Source: a virus (Duplodnaviria; Heunggongvirae; Uroviricota; Caudoviricetes). From it: DNA of 39,054 nucleotides. Under the pieces are notes generated by a model. That model was not told where the DNA came from. It did no database searches and saw only the letters and a list, made by a program, of their open reading frames with translations. The stretch lies in IMG/VR virus record IMGVR_UViG_2874945390_000007; one strand, 5' to 3'. Position numbers and translations under genes: made by a program. Positions 38,784-39,054 of this stretch are shown one piece after another; within the stretch, counting starts at the first letter, position 1; each line of letters begins with the position of its first letter.

Positions 38784-38996
38784 ATGGTCGGAGGGAATAC
38801 CCGAAGGCCAGATGTGGAAAGGCCCCGGAAAACATCTCTGTTTAACCGAGGCCCTAACCGCATTACCTTGACAAGTGAAAGGTTAGCGCCTCTCCGGAAA
38901 AGGAGCAAGTGCTATGTCGCAAAAATCGCTTACGACCATCACGTTCTGCGTGACGGCAATCCTCATCATCTGGATGTTGCACGGTTCGCTGTGTGA
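38784..38996 (+). CDS. possible Mok-like overlapping reading frame
   Basis: 70-aa ORF overlapping the hok-like start in another frame, same size class as R1 mok; support is positional only. Confidence 0.3.
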   Translation: MVGGNTRRPDVERPRKTSLFNRGPNRITLTSERLAPLRKRSKCYVAKIAYDHHVLRDGNPHHLDVARFAV

Positions 38997-39054
38997 AATA
39001 CGGATGAGCTTCTGGGGAGCGGAGTTTGCGGCGTTCTTACAGTGTAAGCAGTAA
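38914..39054 (+). CDS. Hok/Gef-family type I toxin (46 aa), not in ORF track
   Basis: ATG 38914 with AGGAG upstream; translation MSQKSLTTITFCVTAILIIWMLHGSLCEIRMSFWGAEFAAFLQCKQ has TM helix plus SLCEIR and AAFL motifs shared with Hok/HokA; stop codon is the last 3 nt of the window. Confidence 0.7.
   Translation: MSQKSLTTITFCVTAILIIWMLHGSLCEIRMSFWGAEFAAFLQCKQ

Overview
This window holds the end of the host btuCE(D) vitamin-B12 transport operon (1..1594, minus strand; btuE carries a frameshift) followed by a nearly complete P2-like (Peduovirus-type) prophage from about 1.7 kb to at least 38.7 kb. Calls rest on reading the supplied ORF translations and the DNA by eye; no database search was run, so family assignments are recalled homology. 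The prophage has the canonical P2 modules: int and C repressor leftward; a cox-like early operon ending in the replication initiator A; portal Q and terminase P leftward; O-N-M-L-X, lysis genes, R-S, and baseplate/tail-fibre genes V-J-W-I-H-G rightward; tail genes FI-FII-E/E'-T-U; D; ogr. Four regions depart from that backbone and are the main leads: (1) a visibly AT-rich island between D and ogr encoding a 500-aa protein with an N-terminal PIN-like nuclease signature, a candidate single-gene anti-phage/abortive-infection system; (2) a plasmid-type ParM/ParR (StbA/StbB-like) actin partition module plus three small ORFs in the variable A-to-Q region, preceded by paired palindromic repeats; (3) a two-gene operon downstream of int (a zinc-ribbon protein and a tail-anchored coiled-coil protein built from 33-bp tandem repeats); (4) a Hok/Mok-like type I toxin locus at the right edge. 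The tail-fibre region is a Gin/Pin-type invertible segment with two 26-bp gix-like crossover sites, alternative fibre tip and chaperone cassettes, and a Pin-like invertase; an intact IS3-family element sits 2-3 bp outside the right crossover site. The FI-FII-E-T-U block lies on the opposite strand to H/G and D, unlike canonical P2 order. attL/attR could not be identified; attR may lie beyond the window.
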